Below, one piece after another: positions 23,241-34,975 of a DNA stretch of 64,000 bases. The DNA is from Vicugna vicugna (Eukaryota), in NCBI GenBank assembly GCA_013265495.1, contig MU058475.1, forward strand, positions 186,001 through 250,000, read 5' to 3'. Position 1 is the stretch's first letter; each line of letters begins with the position of its first letter. The position numbers and the translations under genes are program-made. The notes beneath the pieces were generated by a model that did not search any database, was not told the DNA's origin, and was given only the letters and a program-made list of their open reading frames with translations.

Positions 23241-26200
23241 GACAATCAGATGCAATGGGACCAATCAGATGAAGGAAGAGGAGGGACTGAACTGAGGCAG
23301 TGACAGAGGGGAAGGCCTTAAGGTGACAGAGTAAGAGGTCCTGGTGGCAGCTCTGATGCCAGGATTGAGGGGGAGAAAGCTCCTGGTGCGTAAGTGCCAC
23401 GGAAATGGTGAGGTGAGTGAAGAAAGGGGAAGGGGACGTTCTGGGAGGGCAGTGTGGGCTCCACTTGGCACAGGGACAGGTTGAGTTGAAGTGTCTGTTT
23501 TCTGGCCAAACTTAGATGCTAGTATGAAGTTTGATCTGGATCTAACTAGATTTAAGGGAAAGGTCTAGGCTGCAGGTAGCGGCGCAGTGGAGAATTCAGT
23601 GGGAACGGGAAAGCGACCTTGACAGGGCACACTTAAAAATAATCAATAGAGAAAGGAGAAAAGATCTCATAGCATAGGGATTAAATGCTCCAACTTGGAA
23701 GCTCTACTTACTACCTGGTTTTCCAGATATTAAATACTATTTTGTAGTTTTTATGTTTGAGAAAGTTAATTAATGTCTTTGAGCTTTAGTGTCCTCTGTA
23801 AAATGAAGGTAATAGTTAAGAGGTTTAAATAAATTCATATTAATAATACACAATCTGCTTTGAATAGTACCTGGTATTTGTTGATAACCAATATATGTGT
23901 TTGCGTCAAGAAAAAAAAAAAAGAAAAAAGAAAAGAAAAAAGGAAAAAAGAAGAAAAAAGCACACTGCAGTCTGGACAACCAACGACAGCTGGATGAACT
24001 TTCTAGGTTCACGTCTGTCAGGTAAAAACTATCTTCCTCTTCATGATCAAAATACGGTGCCCATTTTGGGATGCATGCAACACATGATCATCCCCATCAG
24101 AGCGACTTTCTGTAAATCAAGGGCTTCTATTTTTTTGTGTGTGGAAGACCCGCTTTTAATGATTTATTTGGATGTGTTTAGGTTTTCAGTTTCAATTACA
24201 TGCAACAGCCTTCTCCTTTGTGATTTCCTCCTTTCTTTCTTTAAGATTGAAAATCCCTCCCCCCATTCCAGAAATCTGTTATTTATTTTTTCTTTAAATA
24301 TTTAAAAGTTTATCTGTATCTGATTTTTATCTATTGCAATTTCTTTTAATGTACAAGTTATGATAAATAACCAAATTATTGTACCCAGATACTGTAGCAA
24401 ACAGATTGTTCCAAAATCATTTGCAAATAACCCTTCCAAACTGATTTGTGGTAACCCTTTTAAAATATACTCTGAAGGTCTACTTTCCAATTGCTTAAGT
24501 CATATAACTGCCCTTGGCGAAGGCTGGAGACACACAAACACAAAAACATATATATATACATTTACATATAAATATAAAATATTAGGACATTATAAATGTG
24601 TTATTTTAAATGACGTGTATACAATGATTGTGTTATATACGCATTTCATTTCTGGATCACCAAAGACAGTATAAAATATTTGTTAAAAAGGAGGACACTG
24701 GGTCTTATATGGTTCAGATTCAGTGATACAACGAAACATATTAATAAATTTCCTAACACTGAACCACGTTTCACTATGGAATTTGCCTTACTTGGTTATG
24801 ATGTGCGGGTTTTTCACTGTATCGACAACTTAGATTATTTTTTAAGGAAGATTTTTTTCTGTTGCTCATACAAGGATTCTGATGCTTTGAGTGGGGATCA
24901 CTGCTCTAAGCATTCATCTGTCCATCAGTGAAGACGCATAATTGCTTCTCTGTGGTTACTAAGAAGCATTACCATATCAGCTTGACTCTATCAGTGATTC
25001 TCTATGGTTGCACAAAGGAATCTCCTGTGTGTGTATAAATCATGTCAGCCCTGGAGATTCTGATTCAATGTTATATTCAGAGGGAAAAAAATTCAGATGC
25101 ACACTGTGTGACAGTAGTCCATTCCCAGTTTGGACCAAAGTCAGAACTAATCAACCCACCTGGCTCTCCCCAACCCCCCCGCCCCAACTGCCGCCATACA
25201 GCCTCACACTGTTTGCTAAAGATGCTTTTAATCTACCCCTTTCAGAGCAGCCTGATTCCTTGCATTTTAGCTGAGACTAAAACTTTTCCAGATTTCCTAC
25301 AGCCAATCTCTTGTTGCCAAGGTAACGTGTGCTTGTATCAGTGTGTGTCCCTAGTGTTCCAAATAACACGGAAGTTAAGAGCTCACCTCTCTAAGAGGGG
25401 AATAAAAGGGAAAAAAATGCATGTAGAAACACAGGAAAACTGACAGAACAGACTCTGCAACGACACAGTGTCCCCACAGTGGGACGATGGATATGCATGT
25501 CTGCAGACGCGAGGGAAAGACATGAAAGTCGTGAAAGAACGAACAGGAAGCAGCGGGAATGAGCAACAGTAAAAAGTGGTCATCTTGGAGATTACCGGAA
25601 ACTGCTTTGTAAATTACTGTGTCTAATGAATTTGCCCAGATTAGTTGCCTCCAACAGCAGTTTTGGTGACTCCAAACCACCATTTATGACAAGGACCTTC
25701 CCTGAGGGTGAGCGGTGCGCCAACTGCAGGGCCCAGGATCTCAGGGCCGGAATGCTGGCATGAAGTCTCTTTTACAGCCACACTCAACTGAAATACCAGA
25801 CGTGATCCAACTGACTTCCCTGCATTTGATTCCAGTGCACACATATTTCAAGTGAAATAAATAATAAATGAAGGGAGCTCTGCAGAGAAATCAGTTCCCT
25901 TCCCTTTACTGATTTCCATAGTACTAATATCCATAAATGGACACGTGAGTAACAAAATAAAAAAAGCTCCTTAAAATAGACCAGTCTTTTGAGAAACTCA
26001 GACATGAGATTAACACTGTAGTTCCAAGTTACCTGTTTATCTTTTCCTGTAATTATAAAATCTTTTAAATTTAAATTATAATGTTTTGACATAATTACAC
26101 CTTTATTAAAAATGTCAGGATTTCCCTTAATTTTCAATTGACGTAAAATAGTTTAAGTTTAAAGCCAAAAATAGATGATCATATATCTTTCTCTTCATGG

Positions 26201-27099
26201 CATATTATTAGTATTTCTGGAAATTCAAATGAAAATTCTGATACAATATGTATCTATTTCTCATACATTAGTAGCTGCCTACTGTTTAAGACTTAAACAA
26301 AGTTGCTATACAAAATCACTACACGATCGCCTTCCTGTCTCAAAGTAATAACAGTGTAGGAAGAAACACCGCCACCCTCTTCAGCTCTTAGCTGCGCCCT
26401 AACTCCATCCATATACATTCAAATGCATATGGCTACCTGAGTCCATGAAATGCCAACGCAGTATACGAACAGTGTGTCTCCTGCCGGCCCCTCAGATGTA
26501 AGGTGACATCTCTGAGTATGGATGAATTCAGAATAAGTCCAGGCAAACCCACACCCCTAACCTTAAATCAGTTCCCCAGCTAAGTATCCTGACAGGTAGT
26601 TATGTGTTTCTATTATTGTTGTTTTAAGTAAGTACCTTTTCTTCCAATTATAAATTCATGCTTAAAAACAGATTAAAATTATTTTGTATTTTTTCTTAAA
26701 TGAGATGTCATGTAGACTGCCTACCAGGTACTCACACACCAGCTCCCTTCTCTTCCCGTACAGCAGTCTAAGTGCTTGTAATATCTATCAAAAAGTTGTT
26801 CTAAGCAGAACCTAAAAACCTAAGCTTTTGCGTTAGTCGTCATGATAAAATGTATTCAATTAGCTTTGTGAAAATATAAATCATAGCTGAAAAATAAATG
26901 AACCATACCACTATCAGTTTCTTTCATGCCTAATAGAATTGAAAAATTATGATGGTCTTTCATATTCAGGCTTTGCTCAGACCCCGACTTCCATGAATAC
27001 ACTTGAACTAAAAGCTGTGCCCTTTCTCATGGTGTCTTAAGAACAAACGGCACATGGATAAGGCTCACAGCTAGGGGCTCAGGATGCAGTGTAGAATCT

Positions 27100-28080
27100 G
27101 GACGTCTAGGTGGGGAGGGTGTGGAGCAGAAATCATACAGCCAGGCAGACAGAGGCCACCAGAAATTGATTTCCTCCAATACCAGCTGGAACTTCCATGA
27201 AGTCCCAGCAGTCTTGTCTTGTCAACTACGTTCTTTCCCTACAGCTTCCCACCCCGAGCCATTCCAGACCCGTCTCCCTACCCAGCCAGCTGACCCTGCT
27301 TCCCACCTCAGGGAACTATTTACCAAGACTTGAGATTCCTCAACTCCTGCCAGTCGGACAGTCCCTCTTCCACACTATCTGACATGACCTCTAGGATGCT
27401 GAACATGCGCCTCCCTTGAAACTCCGTCCCTGTGCTGGTGTGGCTCCTGGCTCCCCCATCCTTCACATCCCTCACATTGTCCCACCACTGACACAAGACT
27501 GGCACGGTCTCTGGTCAGATCACCTTCCTGAGCGAAGTCTAAGAGACCTTAACCTCTGAAATTCAACATGTTCAAATTATCTTCCTTTAAGACCTCTTCC
27601 TTCTCCTAGCTTTCCTAGCCAGCTTGACTGTGGCCACCACCCACCAACATGGAAAACAATGACAAAAAGAGAAACCAAACACACCTCCCCTTGAAAAAAA
27701 CAAACCAAACCAAAAAAACTAGTCATCATCCTAAGATTCTTTTCTCTGTCTCTCCCCTTCCTGTCCACCCTCCTCACTTCTAAATGGCCATCAGCTCCTT
27801 CTGTTCTAGACAGGATTCTCTCTTGGAGCCATTACTGCTACCACATCCTCACTGTCACTATCTGACAGCACAACTCACCTCTCAACAGACTATTCCAGTA
27901 TCCTCCCACCTCGAGCCCTACCTCGCACCACCCTTTTGAATGCAGCCAGAGTAGATTACAAACCTGCTGATGCTACTCCGCATGCTTAGACTCTCTCCCG
28001 AATGACCCCGGGGGCAGGCTGTCCACTCCTGCCACCACCGTTCCTTACTTCCCCCCAGCGGACAGTTCTCTAGAACAGGG
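27100..28080 (+). mobile_element. Degraded L2-like LINE fragment
   Basis: CT-rich with L2-like motifs (CTGAAATTCAACATGTTCAAA, CTAGTCATCATCCTAAGATTCTTTTCTCT, ACTATTCCAGTATCCTCC, TGCAGCCAGAGT). Confidence 0.4.
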
Positions 28081-28557
28081 TTTTTCTTATCTTTGAAATT
28101 CCCATTAAAAACAAAGTGAGTGTTGTCTAGCTTCTGCTTGCAAATCTTGACAGTTTACCTTAGGGTCACGATTTCCCTGGATTTTTATGAACCAAAAAAG
28201 CCACAAGTATTTGATCCCCACTTCAACACTATTTCAGGGCTCGGAAAAATTAATTCTGTACAAAACCTTGTTAACATGGAAGAGTATGGCACACTCTACA
28301 GAATGGTGACCTTCACTCACCATGTTTGACTTCATTAAAAAACACCTGTCACATACGCTCCATGTGCAGTCACTGCAGACAGAAGAAACTGGGTGTTGTG
28401 CTCTCAAAGTAAGGGGGAATATGTTTGCCTACATTTATCATTCTCCCTAAAACTGAATTCTAATGCAGCAAGTGAGGTCTTGGAGATGCCTGAATGACAT
28501 CAACCCTGTGTGTGTGTGTGTGTCTCAAACTGGAATGATCAATTTTTCATTCTGGAG

Positions 28558-29244
28558 CAGTTCTGTCCACAGGACTCCCTGCAGTGATGGACATGTTACA
28601 GGTCTGCACCATTCAGCCTGGTGGCCACCAGCCACAAAGGGCTCTCCAGCAATTACAATGTGGCTAATGCACCTGAGGAATTGAAGTTTTAATTTTTTTA
28701 ATTGAATTATAGTCAGTTTACACTGTTGTGTCAATTTCTGGTGTGTAGCACAGTGCTTTAGTCACACATGAACATACATATATTCATTTTCATATTCTTT
28801 TTCACCATAAGCTACTACAAGATATCAAATATAGTTCCCTGCACTATACCGTATGAACTTGTTAATCTATTTTACAAATACCAGTCAGTATCTGCAATTC
28901 TCAAACTCTCAGTCTATCCCCTCCCACCTCCTCCCCCAGGTAACCATGTTTGTTTTCTATGTCTGTGAGTCTATTTCTGTTTTATATGTAAGTTTGTTTG
29001 TCTTTTTTTTTTTAAGATTCCATATATGAGTGATATCATATGTATTTTTCTTTCTCTTTCTGGCTTACTTCACTTAGAATGACGATCTTCAGGTCCATCC
29101 GTGTTGCTGCAAATGGCATTATTTTATTCTTTTTTATGGCTGAGTAGTATTCCATTGTAGAAATATACCACAGCTTGAAATTTTAATTTAAATTAAATTT
29201 AAGCAACCACACGTAGGCAGTGGTTACTGTATTGGACAACACAG
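28558..29244. mobile_element. MER3-like hAT-Charlie element interrupted by an L1
   Basis: Ends CAGTTCTGTCCA.. and ..TATTGGACAACACAG; 8-bp TSD TTCTGGAG (28550-28557) / TTCTAGAG (29245-29252). Confidence 0.75.
28696..29174 (-). mobile_element. LINE-1 3' fragment nested in the MER3-like element
   Basis: Antisense L1 end (TTGAATTATAGTCAGTTTACACTGTTGTGTCAATTTCTGGTGT..); TSD TTGAAGTTTTAATTT (28681-28695) / TTGAAATTTTAATTT (29175-29189). Confidence 0.85.
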
Positions 29245-30699
29245 TTCTAGAGCATAGTATTACTTTATGAAACCAAAGCATCAGCAACTTAGCTTAAAAA
29301 TGTCAGTTCACAAAGCTTTGCAAATCACTTCTGATTCCTAAATTACCAACTCTCCAAAAGTTAGCATGTTGTTAGTAAAAACAGAGCTAACTTTTTTATT
29401 ATTATCCAATGCTGTAAGGTTACTAAGACACAGCTACGTTTCAATACATCTTAGCAGAAGGATGTCTTATTTGACTGCTAAACAAGCATTTATGAGTGGA
29501 AGTTTTCTACAATGTTTCCTGAATTTTGCCAGCACACAACATTCTCCAATTCTTAAAGTTTACGAAAATGAGAAGGGAAAGGGAAACCTGCTTCAGCAGA
29601 GAAACAGAGCAGCAGTCAACGTCTGTAAAACACCCAAGTAAGAAGCAAGCTCAAACCCGGGACAACCTTACCTCTGAAATGAGAAAATTAAGAAAAAATA
29701 TTTTAGTTTAAAAAAAAAAAAAAGACCCGTCAGTGTCTCTGTGGTCACTTAAGCCACTCTGGATCACCAAGTTCCACTTCCCAGAGGACATCACCTTCGC
29801 ATCTACTAAATCATCTGTGAGCGGGCACTTCTTGAATCCACGTGCTGCTCTCACTGGAAATCTCAACACAAGCCACCAATACCCATTCAAGTGGCAGAAT
29901 GTTTCTCACTCATCACTTACTATATTGACTGTATAAATATCCCAAACTAGCATTGGCTGAGACGGTTTCAGTCCAACAAGTATTTCCCAGACGGCATCTT
30001 GTTATTCAGCAGAGTAACTGAGACAGCCCCTGGAACAGCAGAGACTTAAATGTGTGGCCACACCCTCCTTTCAGAGGGATACTTCTGGGGGGCACCTTGC
30101 CTTGTACTCAAGCACACACAGTACATCCTTGAAGATCCTTTCTAAGAGGGAAGGTTGCCTGGAATGAGCTACAGGTATCCTCCTTTCTTCTCAGAATGCC
30201 TCTAAGTGTCCAGATTTGGATTAAAACATTTGTCTCTGCTAAGCAGTCGTCTTCCTTTCAGAGTCACAGGCTGACAAAGCTGCCAGGACAAGCGGTGGCT
30301 CTTCCGACTTCCCACCCCACACCACCACAGGCACAGTCTTTCCACAGAGCTAATCTGATGCCATCTGCGCTCAGCTTAAAAACTTTTTCCTGCCTCCACC
30401 AGTGTGGAGAATAAAAAAAATTCTATCTCCATCATGTCATCTTGAGGTTACTTTGATTTGCCTTTGAGTGCAAAACAGGTGGGTGCCACCCTACCCTCTC
30501 ACCTCAGGGGCTTTGGTCAAGGCTCCTCCATTAACTGGAGGAGCCCTCCAGACTGGCACTCCAACCTTATTTAGCTCAGTTCCACTCGGGCTTCACAGTT
30601 CAGCTGGGCTGTCTTTTCCTCGAGTGTAATTTCTTCCACCAAACCCAGCAACAAACCTGGAGCACAGTAATCACCACACTATTTGTCTCCTACACCACC

Positions 30700-30900
30700 G
30701 CTATTAACACCTCACACCTGTCAGTGTTTTACAGCGATGATCTCCTTTACGGCCTTGCAACAACCCTCAGAGCTAAGGAACGTTCTTCAGGCGAGAAAGC
30801 TGAGGCCCAAAGAAGTCAGACAAGGTGTTCAAGGGCCCGCAGTACTGGGAGGAGAACATGGGCTGCCTGGCTAACCGGTCTGAGCTCTGCCCCTTTGTGG
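30700..30900 (-). mobile_element. MIR fragment
   Basis: CTTGCAACAACCCTCAGAG..TTCAGGCGAGAAAGCTGAGGCCCAAAGAAGTCAGA. Confidence 0.5.
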
Positions 30901-31509
30901 TGTCCTGCTGCTCAGTGGGTTCTACATTAGGTCAGGAGCCTCTTGGGGAACACCGCAGTGAAAACTCACCAAACGCTTACTGAGAGAATAATCAGAACAG
31001 TTCCTACCTGAGTAGCTGTCTGTCACATGAAGAGAGGCTGGAAACTTCTAGAGAGACTTCTAGTACTGTTCACTGTGCAATGCTGGCTTAACAGAGCACC
31101 CTCAGGGCTCCCTTCCAGCTTAAATGAACCAACAAAATCAAAACCCCTTCCCTCTCTCCAGAAGTGTCCTTCGTAGGTGTTAGGAAGGACATCTGTTTGC
31201 AAAAATAAAATTTGAGAAACAGCAAATGAACAGTTAAGGGAGCCCTTTACGGAGCTTCACAGGGACAGAACCAAACACAAACCTTACACATTTAGAGGCA
31301 GAAGCAACAAAACTATTCCAAAACACACGTCAAATTTACTGACAAACAAAAAATGCTCAAGGCTAGCCCAGCTTTTGGTTTTCTAATTTAACACTGATTT
31401 TCAAGACAAGAAAAATTTCCAGTTCATAAAGAAAATCAAAAGTTAGCATACTTAACGCAAAAGATTAGGCCTACGACCCAGATGGTATTCTGCCAATGAG
31501 AAATTACAA

Positions 31510-31720
31510 TGGCCGATAACTAGTATTTACAGAACACCAGAATGCTAAATGCCGGGCATTTTCATACACAGTATTCTTTTTTTTTTTTTGAGGTCCTTTA
31601 AATGGTCCACGTTAAAGTTACCAGTCATTACTTCATTTTACAGAAGAGGAAACTAAGGCTCACAGAGGTTACAGATGGTTACATGGTTTCCACCTAAGAC
31701 GAATGCAGTCACCAAGCCCC
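31510..31720 (-). mobile_element. MIR fragment
   Basis: CATTTTACAGAAGAGGAAACTAAGGCTCACAGAGGTTA core. Confidence 0.6.
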
Positions 31721-32478
31721 CATCCGTTACATTAAGCTTCTCCGAGTGGAAAGATGTGGCACTGACTCCTCTTCCTATCCTCACTTTGAAGCAGGGCTGT
31801 GACCAAGGCTGGGGACCGGCCGCCGAGTCCTCCCCACCACTCAGGTATATCTACACTTGTATCACCTAACAGAAGACAAGCTCCGCCCTTACCGTTCCTC
31901 CCAACGCGGCGCCCGATTCTTGCTAGCGGGAGTTACCATTCCAAGATTTCAATCTGCAAGGTCAGAGTTTAGGTAATTCAAGACGAACGCCGCATGGGAC
32001 TGGCCGATTTACCTTTGGATCCCAGAACCTTACAAGCTGCGAGATCCGCATTGTAACGACACTTTCACAACTGATGGGTGAACTGCATGAAGCTTTCCTG
32101 TACTCCACTTCCGCTAAGTCTAAAATGACACCACTATTTCTAACCATCAGCTCCCTCCAGACCAACGCCTTACCTAAGGCGTTTTCAGAAGCCCCGGGGC
32201 TTCGCGCACCTTACCTCGCTGTCATGAGTTAAGCAACCTCCGAGGCCACCTCGCAGGTGGGCATCCTCTAGCAACAGCTCGCCCAACTCTAGCTCTCCCG
32301 TGTCACATGCAGAGGTCGACTGCAACCCCGTCCACCCACAGCCACCATGTGCGAAGTTTAATCTTGAGTTCGGCCGAAAGACATTTCCCTTCTCCTTAAA
32401 TGAAAAGAGACGAGGACCCGCGCTCCGGCCCCCCCACCCCACCCCGGCGGGTGCCCGCAGCCGCCCCGCCGGCCGCAC

Positions 32479-32700
32479 CGAGAGGATCGCGGAGCCCCCG
32501 GTGCTGCCGCCGCCGAACTCCCGCCGCCGCCGCCTCCGGGATCGCCTTGCTTCCGCCTCCGTCGTCTCCGCGGCAGGCTCTCGCTCCGACGGGCGGCTCA
32601 GCCGGGCCCCCGCGCCCCGCGCCCCGCCGCCCCCGCGGCGGCTCTGGGCGGCCGCCCCATGACTGACTGACGCGGAGCCGCCGCGGGCTGGGCCGCTCCG
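32479..32700 (-). other. TAF5L: Candidate TAF5L non-coding exon 1 (5' end approximate)
   Basis: Nearest minus-strand donor to the promoter core is TCG|GTGCGG at 32479/32478. Stronger alternatives are GAG|GTAAGG at 32215/32214 and TAG|GTAAGG at 32174/32173. Confidence 0.4.
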
Positions 32701-32854
32701 GCCTCCGACGCGCAACCGTCTCCGCCAATGGGCGAGGCGCCTCGGCGCTCGGCTGGCGCTGCCTGGCGTGCGCGCCGCCCCGCCCCCGCGCCGCCGGCGT
32801 CGGGCGGAAGGAGCGCGGGGCCGGCCCCACGTGGTGGGCGCCCGCGAGTCGGTC

Positions 32855-32878
32855 CCGCCGCCGCCGCCGCCGCCGCCG
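32855..32878. repeat. (CCG)8 trinucleotide repeat
   Basis: Eight uninterrupted CCG units in the promoter / URB2 5' region. Confidence 0.9.
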
Positions 32879-32921
32879 TCCTTCCACCCCCGCGTGGTTC
32901 CCATCGGGGGCTGGCCTCCCG

Positions 32922-33207
32922 GAGAGCTCCTCACCTGGGGACTGCCCTCCGTCCCCGCCCGCCGCCCCTACCGGGCGGGGCCTGACGTGAGCGTCTTACC
33001 TGGGGACGGACTGCAGGTGAGCCCCAACCCAAGAAGACCCAGAGGTGAGCTCCTTACCTGGGGCCGACGCCGAGGTGAGCGCCCTCCCGGGCCGGGCCTC
33101 CGCACCTGCCCGCGGTCCCTACCTCCTTCCCTGGGGACAGCCCTCCTTCCCCGCCCGCGACCCCTAGCCAGAGTCGCCCGCGAGGTGAGCTCCTTACCTG
33201 GGGACGG
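32922..33207. repeat. Degenerate repeat array, unit core GAGGTGAGCTCCTTACCTGGGGAC
   Basis: Copies at 32922, 32984, 33042, 33123 (partial) and 33182; 32925-33009 also resembles 33123-33207 as a larger duplication. Confidence 0.8.
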
Positions 33208-34553
33208 TTTTCCGTCCCGGGCCTGGCCTTTCCCCGGTCAGCAAGCGCTGGACAAGAGCCCACTGGGTTCGCCCCTTAGGTGGTCTCTCGCATCGCTCCT
33301 GGCTGCTCCTGTTTCTTGCTACCTGGTGTCCTGCTGCTCCGCAGGGCTGTGCCTAAGCGGTCTTCGCCTGAGTACTGACGGGCTTTGCTGTCCACACCGA
33401 GCTTTTCACACCACCTGTCAAAGATCGCTGCGGGGCGCCGAGAGCGGAAGGTGGGTAGACTCCCGGAGAGTGTCTCGGGCGTCTTTGTAGCCAGTTCTGC
33501 AAACATTTTTTAAGTACTTTGTAGCTGTCGCGATGGCTGTCTTAGACATTAAGTAAGTAGCTGTTGAATGGATATTGGACGTTTGACAAAATAGGAAGAC
33601 TGACAGCACGCCACTGTTCTGTTCTCTGTAGAGTGAAGACTACCGTGCTGAGTAAGTGTCCTCATACGGTGTTCGCTCATTCCCTGTAAATATATACCTG
33701 TTGGGAATTAGTTCTGAAGGTAGGACTTCAGGCCCCTTAGATTTAAAAAATCCGGTGATCCTTCTCAGTATAGCAAATTCTTTTGGTTTACCAGTATTTA
33801 AATTAGAATCATAGAACTGAGATTCTTTCCTTCCCTTCCCTCCCCTCCCTTCCCCTCCCCCTTGGTCCTATTTTGTTGTTGTTTATGATAATTTCAATAT
33901 TAAGTATCATGACAAACTTTCTCCTTTGAGGAACTGACTGACTTACTTTTATATAATGAAAATGACTTAATACATTTCCCCTTTTTGCTATGACTTTTAG
34001 GAAACTCGAAGTTACCTTTACCTAAGTTAGCTACCTATAAAGCTTTTTATGTAAAGCTACATATAATCTTCAGTTTTATAGGATTATAGGTGGTTGCTGT
34101 GTTTGTGTTCCTTCTGTATTCATGATTTTATGATACTGTGTTTTTTTTTCTAGTGTTAATTGTGTAACTGTATTTTGCAGAGTCTTTAGAAGCAGTGTGT
34201 GTTTGTAAATTTATACATAAATGGATAAATCTGTAGTGGGGAAGTTACTGTTGCAGCTGAAATAACAGTTTTTTATTGGGACTGGGTTTATACAATATTT
34301 CTTTTGTACTTTGGAGGAGTATTAGTATTGCCAAACACTGCTTATTTATCTCTTTAAACTATTTAATAGAGCTAATACACACAACATAGTATATATATTT
34401 CAGAGCAGTTGTGCCAAAACTTACCTTTTTCCATCTAGAACCACGTGTAAATGAATCTTTTCACAAGTAATTTGAACACTTAGGGTTTTGTCCCATTAAA
34501 TTCCTGTGCACTGACCTCTGAGGATGTGATGTTTGATCACAGCAGGAATACTT

Positions 34554-34577
34554 GTGCGTGTGTGTGTGTGTGTGTGT
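34554..34577. repeat. (GT)n microsatellite
   Basis: GTGCGTGTGTGTGTGTGTGTGTGT. Confidence 0.85.
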
Positions 34578-34801
34578 AATCCATCTTCTGCCTGCTTTTG
34601 TCTGAGTATCCCCCAGAAAAGTCATGGACTTGAGCATCTTATGTATAGACTTTGCCCAACAGTGTTTTAATTCATTAAAAAAAATTTTTTTAAAGAACTA
34701 TGTGTTATGTAGGCAGTAAGATACATGATGTTCATTTTCTGATGCCTCTTAAGTTTGACCTTAATATAAATACTTTTTCCGTTGCTTTAAATGGTAGATA
34801 A

Positions 34802-34975
<174 letters not shown>

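Larger units (their letters stand above)
32190..33490. promoter_or_regulatory. CpG island; bidirectional promoter with the non-coding first exons of TAF5L (-) and URB2 (+)
   Basis: Very GC- and CpG-dense and lies between two divergent genes whose first coding exons each begin at a splice acceptor. Contains CCAAT (32725-32729), an ETS core CGGAAG (32805-32810), CACGTG (32828-32833) and several GC boxes. TSSs cannot be fixed from sequence. Confidence 0.9.

Noticed and set aside
23908..23960. Long A-rich purine tract encoding a lysine-rich ORF start (23895-24305)
   Set aside because: Low-complexity sequence next to a decayed MIR; not coding.
32922..33207. CRISPR-like repeat-spacer pattern or U1 snRNA pseudogene
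   Set aside because: The context is a mammalian promoter, spacing is irregular, spacers resemble each other and there are no cas genes. The U1 match is only 9 nt.
32185..33490. Long ORFs (249, 240 and 163 aa) in the CpG island
   Set aside because: Gly/Arg/Pro/Ala-rich translations typical of GC-rich DNA that lacks stop codons.
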